This document shows, piece by piece, positions 59,611-64,000 of a stretch of 64,000 nucleotides of DNA. The DNA is taken from contig CAVTTN010000002.1 of assembly GCA_963737655.1 (NCBI GenBank), positions 5,248,001 through 5,312,000 of the forward strand. Reading direction: 5' to 3'. How positions within the stretch are numbered: the first letter of the stretch is position 1; every line of letters begins with the position of its first letter. The stretch comes from an uncultured Planctomycetota bacterium (GTDB lineage Bacteria; Planctomycetota; Planctomycetia; Isosphaerales; Isosphaeraceae). The notes beneath the pieces are model-generated. The model ran no database searches. It had not been told where the DNA came from and was given only the letters and a program-made list of their open reading frames with translations. A program made the translations under genes and the position numbers.

Positions 59611-61647
59611 CTACTTCTCCAGGAGCCGCTCGTCTTCATAGCCGACCTGGACGACGGCCAGCAAGCGGCCCTTGCGGCGGAACTCGGCGGTGGTGAAGGT
59701 GCGGGCCTCCTTCTGGCCGCCGACGACCCGCAGGGCCCGGCTCGTGTCCTCGGCGAAGAAGGCGGCGGTGATCAGGCCGAGGCTCTCGGCGGGGTCGCGG
59801 CGGGAGCCTTCGTCCTGGGGCACGTTCTCGAACCGGAATCGTTGGAGCTCGAACGCGCCGGCCTCCCCCGGGGCGTTGGCCGCGGCCCTGGGGATCGAGA
59901 ACCCCTCGATCTCGGTCGATCCGCCGGGTTCCAGGACCCACGGACGGCCCGCCTCGGCCGTCTCGGCGGCCTTGCCCAGGGTGTTCACGCCGTCGATCCT
60001 CAGGACCACGCCCACCCGGCGATCGGAGCGGTTGGTCAGCCGGACCTTGAAGACCTCGCCGTCCCGGGCCCCGACGATTCGGAGCCTGGGATCGAGGGCC
60101 CGGGCGGCCGGATCGTTCGGGACGGCGTTCTCGCGGGGGACCTTCGGCCGCCATCGCGTCGAGGCGTCCACCGCGGCCCCGGGACGGCCGTCGGCCGAGA
60201 GCAGCTCGACGCGGAACGGGAAGTCCTCGGCCCAGACCGCAACCTGGGGCCGGGCGAGGTCCACCGGCGGGGCCGGCTGGGGCGGCCCCGGCGGCCGTTC
60301 CGGAGGGCGGTTGTCCAGAGACCGGCCGATCTCGGCGGCCAGCGCCTCGTCCAGCTTCAGCCGTCCGCCGAGGCGCGCGACCGAGCCCCCTTCGGCCGCG
60401 AACAGCTCGCACTGGACGCCCATCGCCGCGTCCGAGACGCTCAGATCGCCCACGACCGAGGCCGACGGAGGCCCCGGGCGGCAGTCCGCGGCGGAGGCGT
60501 CGCGATCGACCCGGTAGGCGCCCGGCTCCGTCGGCGCGAGCCGGGCCAGCTCGTCGCCGATCGACCGGGCCAGGAGGCCGGGCAAGGGGTAGCGGGCCAG
60601 CCCCGCCCTCGCCCCGGCGACCTTCACGCGGAACTCCTTCGGCACGCCCACGCTCGGGTACTTGCGGAGCCGGACCTCCTCGTCCAGGAGCGCGGCCATC
60701 CGTCGCGAGAGGTCGTCCACCGGCTCGGGGCGGAGGCTCAGCAAGGGCGGATCGCCGTCGATCTCCCGGGAGAGCTCGCGGGCCGGGGTCTGCTCGGGAT
60801 GGTTCAGGGCCCGGATCGTCAGCGGGACGTGCTCATGGGTGTAGTTGGCCACCTCGGTGGCGGTCAATCGGCCGTCGCCGTCGGCGTCGGCGGCCCCTTC
60901 CAGGGCGCGGCGGAGCCAGTAGGTGAAGACGCTCTGGTTCCTCTCGGGCCATTCCCAGCTCGACTGGCCGTCCCGGCAGCTCTCCAGGACCACGAACGAG
61001 TTCCTCGGCACGGCACGGCCGCCCTCGGCCGGGCGGGCCGGGCCGGTGGCGATCGGGTTGGGCTGCACCGACTTGCCGCCGGGCAGGGCCCGGCCCCCGG
61101 TGTCCAGGCAGCAGTCCAGGATCAGGAACTTGGTCGTCGCCGGGCAGCCGTTGAGGTAGACCCCCAACGTCCCGGCCTTCAGGAACGTGTCGGGCGCCTT
61201 CGGGTCGGCGTCGATCGGGACGAGGTGCGGCTTGCCGTCGATCAGGAGGCCGTGGCCGCTGAAGAAGAACAAGAGCGAGTCGCCGGGCCGGATCTCGTGG
61301 AGGAACTTCGGCAGCCGGGTCGTCAGGTTGGCGAACGTCGGCCGGAGGCCCGGCCCCGAATCGTCGGCCATCTGGAGGATGTGGTCGTCCGCCACCCCCG
61401 CGCGCTCGACCAGGGTCCGCCGGAGGCCGCGGACGTCGGCCAGGGGGACGCGCAGGTCGGGGATCGCCGGGCTCTCGTAGTCCTGGGCCGCGATCAGGAC
61501 GGCCCACTGCTCGGCGGGCCGTCCGGGCTCGCCCTGGGCCTGGACCGAACCGGCCGTCCCCAGGGCCGCCATCAGCCCGAGGAACGGCCCGTACCCCGGG
61601 AGGAACCGCCGCATTCGCCGTCGAACGCTCGTCGAGGGGCCGATCAT
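59611..61647 (-). CDS. secreted caspase-family (C14) peptidase with uncharacterised C-terminal domains
   Basis: Signal-like region; WAVLIAAQDY, FFFSGHG, ILDCC, SVFTYWL, GAADADGDGRLT; C-terminal VRLTNRS...IDGVNT...LGLITAAFF. Confidence 0.88.
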   Translation of the reverse strand: MIGPSTSVRRRMRRFLPGYGPFLGLMAALGTAGSVQAQGEPGRPAEQWAVLIAAQDYESPAIPDLRVPLADVRGLRRTLVERAGVADDHILQMADDSGPGLRPTFANLTTRLPKFLHEIRPGDSLLFFFSGHGLLIDGKPHLVPIDADPKAPDTFLKAGTLGVYLNGCPATTKFLILDCCLDTGGRALPGGKSVQPNPIATGPARPAEGGRAVPRNSFVVLESCRDGQSSWEWPERNQSVFTYWLRRALEGAADADGDGRLTATEVANYTHEHVPLTIRALNHPEQTPARELSREIDGDPPLLSLRPEPVDDLSRRMAALLDEEVRLRKYPSVGVPKEFRVKVAGARAGLARYPLPGLLARSIGDELARLAPTEPGAYRVDRDASAADCRPGPPSASVVGDLSVSDAAMGVQCELFAAEGGSVARLGGRLKLDEALAAEIGRSLDNRPPERPPGPPQPAPPVDLARPQVAVWAEDFPFRVELLSADGRPGAAVDASTRWRPKVPRENAVPNDPAARALDPRLRIVGARDGEVFKVRLTNRSDRRVGVVLRIDGVNTLGKAAETAEAGRPWVLEPGGSTEIEGFSIPRAAANAPGEAGAFELQRFRFENVPQDEGSRRDPAESLGLITAAFFAEDTSRALRVVGGQKEARTFTTAEFRRKGRLLAVVQVGYEDERLLEK

Positions 61648-61953
61648 GGTCCACCGTCCTCCGAACCTCGGCCGACCATCCTCGTCGCGAGGTCCCATCC
61701 CAAACTTCCCCCCGGGGCCGGGCCAGACGATCAGGGCCAACGGCGCGGAAGACCGAAGGAGGAGCCGCGTCGCCCCACCCCCGGCCAGGCCCCCGCCTCA
61801 TCGGCGCGGGCCCTCCTCTTCTACGACGCTCTTCCTCGCCGTTCCGGAGGATTCCCCCGAATCCGGCCCCCGGTGTCAGCAAATCCCCGAATCCATCCCG
61901 AATCTCACAAATCGCAACATCCAAGCACACATCCAACCGAAATCGGATTCCGG

Positions 61954-63357
61954 TCACGCCAGGATCGGGCGAACGACCTGGCCGCTGACGTCCGTGAGCC
62001 GGAAGTCCCGGCCCTGGAAGCGGTAAAGGAGCCGCTTGTGGTCGATCCCCAGGAGGTGGAGCAGCGTCGCGTGGAGGTCGTGGACGTGGACGACGTCCTC
62101 CACGGCGGCGTACCCCAGCTCGTCGGTCTTGCCGTGGGCGATCCCGCCCTTGATCCCTCCGCCGGCCATCCACATCGAGAATCCCTTGATGTGGTGGTCG
62201 CGGCCGTTGCCCTGGGCCATCGGCGTCCGGCCGAACTCGCCCCCCCAGACCACCAGGGTCTCGTCGAGCATCCCCCTCTGCTTCAGGTCGGCGATCAGGG
62301 CGGCCGAGGGCCGATCGACCTCCTCGCACTTCAGCTTGATGTCCTCGCGAATCCCGCCGTGGTGGTCCCAGTCGCGATGATAGAGCTGGATGAACCGGAC
62401 GCCTCGCTCGGCCAGTCGCCGGGCCAGCAGGCAATTCGCGCCGAACGAGCCGTCGGCCCCCCTGGTCCCGTACATCTCCAGGGTCCTGGCCGACTCGCCC
62501 GAGAGGTCCATCAGCCCCGGGACGCTGCTCTGCATCCGGAACGCCATCTCATACTGCGAGATCCTCGTGGCGATCTCGGGGTCATCGACGACCGACGGGT
62601 TCGCGGCGTTCAGGGCGTTGATCGTCTCGATCGCCTCCCTCTGCCGGCCCTCGGAGACGCCCGGCGGGCGAGTCAGATAGAGGACCGGGTCCCCCTTGCC
62701 CCGGAGGTGGACGCCCTGGAACTTGCTCGGGAGGAACCCGCTGTGCCACTGGCGAGAGGCGATCGGCTGGTTCTGCCCCCCTCGGCCCGAGGACGTGAGG
62801 ACCACGAACCCGGGCAGGTCCTCGGACTCGGTCCCCAGCCCATAGGTGACCCACGACCCCATGCTCGGCCGCCCCGAGATGGTGGTCCCGGTGTTCATGA
62901 AGGTATGGGCCGGGTCGTGGTTGATCGCCTCGGTGACCATCGACCGCACGACGCAGATCTCGTCGGCGATCGAGCCGATCCTCGGCAGGAGCGAGCAGAT
63001 CTCCAGCCCGGACTGGCCGTATTTCGCGAACGGATGCTGAGGGGCCAGGCATCGCAACGACTGCCCCTGCAACTGGGCGATCGGCTGGCCCCTGGTGAAC
63101 GACTCGGGCATCGGCTGGCCGTCGCGTCTGGCCAGCTCGGGCTTGGGGTCGAGCGTCTCCAGGTGGCTGGGGCCGCCGGCCATGCTCAGGAAGATCACCC
63201 TCTTGGCCTTCGGCGCGAAGTGAAGCGGGTTCACCACGCCCGAGGCGCGATCGGCCGCGAGCAGGGCCGACGGGTCGAGCAAGGAGGCCAGCGCCACCGA
63301 GCCGACCCCCCGGGCCGCCTGTCCCAGGAACGCTCGTCGTTGGAGGAGGTGAGTCAT
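61954..63357 (-). CDS. DUF1501-family protein with Tat signal
   Basis: QRRAFL; AKRVIFLSMAGGPSH, WDHH, GEFGRTP, GRDHH. Confidence 0.92.
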   Translation of the reverse strand: MTHLLQRRAFLGQAARGVGSVALASLLDPSALLAADRASGVVNPLHFAPKAKRVIFLSMAGGPSHLETLDPKPELARRDGQPMPESFTRGQPIAQLQGQSLRCLAPQHPFAKYGQSGLEICSLLPRIGSIADEICVVRSMVTEAINHDPAHTFMNTGTTISGRPSMGSWVTYGLGTESEDLPGFVVLTSSGRGGQNQPIASRQWHSGFLPSKFQGVHLRGKGDPVLYLTRPPGVSEGRQREAIETINALNAANPSVVDDPEIATRISQYEMAFRMQSSVPGLMDLSGESARTLEMYGTRGADGSFGANCLLARRLAERGVRFIQLYHRDWDHHGGIREDIKLKCEEVDRPSAALIADLKQRGMLDETLVVWGGEFGRTPMAQGNGRDHHIKGFSMWMAGGGIKGGIAHGKTDELGYAAVEDVVHVHDLHATLLHLLGIDHKRLLYRFQGRDFRLTDVSGQVVRPILA

Positions 63358-63569
63358 GAGGCGATCCCGGAAAGGGTGGATGTCTCGTCGGTGCGTCCCG
63401 ATCGGTTCGCAAAAGTTCCGAAATTGGAATTATTCTGCGATGCAAACCTCGTCGGATTCAGAACTTCGGAGAAAGCCGCACGGAGATTTCGAACGCCTGA
63501 GGATTGGAAAAAGTCCGTTCCGTCCGATTCGGAGGTCTCGAAGGCCCGTTCCCTCTGTAGCATCGTGTT

Positions 63570-63668
63570 CGGCGTCGGGTGGCATGCCTACGTCTTCGTA
63601 GGCATGTCTTCGGTCAGACTTGAACCCAAGACATGCCTACGAAGACGTAGGCATGCCACCCGACGCCG
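63570..63668. repeat. REPIN-like inverted doublet, family D (GGGTGGCATGCCTACG-TCTT-CGTAGGCATG)
   Basis: 41-bp perfect inverted arms 63570-63610 and 63628-63668, each with an internal hairpin. Confidence 0.85.
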
Positions 63669-64000
63669 TCATGGTCTCGTGATGGTTTCGTGGAGGTTGA
63701 GCAGGACCCGGCACGTCGAGGCCCAGGCGGCGAGCTCCGCCGGCGCGAGGTCTTTGGGCATGGGACGTTGGCCGACGCCCAGGAACGCCTTCGCCGCCTC
63801 GGGGTCGGCCCGATATTGCTCCTCGTGCTTCTGAAAGAGGCTCGACAGCAAGGCCACCTCGGCGGCCGAGGGCCTCCGCGACAGCGCCTGGCCGAACGCC
63901 CAGACGATCCGGGCCTGGAGGTCCGACCCTCCTTCTCGCAACACCCTCTCGGCGAACGCCCGCGACGCCTCCACATACGTCGGGTCGTTCAGCAACACCA
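63669..64000 (-). CDS. DUF1553 (PSD1) protein C-terminus, truncated by window edge
   Basis: LLNDPTYVEASRA...LLNLHETITR. Confidence 0.88.
   Translation of the reverse strand, partial: VLLNDPTYVEASRAFAERVLREGGSDLQARIVWAFGQALSRRPSAAEVALLSSLFQKHEEQYRADPEAAKAFLGVGQRPMPKDLAPAELAAWASTCRVLLNLHETITRP

Noticed and set aside
59842..63834. 1330-aa plus-strand ORF
   Set aside because: Antisense to the caspase and DUF1501 genes; no domain signal.

Overview
High-GC bacterial DNA with strong Planctomycetota hallmarks: DUF1501, DUF1800, DUF1553/PSD1-cytochrome genes, an LExRxLL-type export leader and HYExAFE. An Isosphaeraceae-like origin is an inference. Housekeeping genes are fliW, csrA, purH, coaD, a class V aminotransferase, bioB, a fabF-like gene and bioF. 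Most notable is a ~26 kb locus (35.7-61.6 kb) of six alternately oriented, apparently envelope-targeted genes: three caspase-family (C14) proteins with active and pseudo domains (two with WD40 propellers, one with PDZ), a membrane Ser/Thr kinase with an external FGE-sulfatase-like domain, a ~3,700-aa beta-helix surface protein and a putative beta-barrel. Other candidates are a RusA + REase-like/HEPN pair, a toxin/immunity-like pair inside a DUF1553-DUF1501 operon, a decayed higA, a Gly/Tyr/His-rich WXXGXW protein, GGA-loop hairpins around fliW-csrA and several REP/REPIN-like palindrome families. About 18 single-base frameshifts, over half in G/C runs, split many genes and look like long-read assembly errors; such genes are reported as reconstructed single CDSs. 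All family calls are from motif recognition by eye, not database searches.
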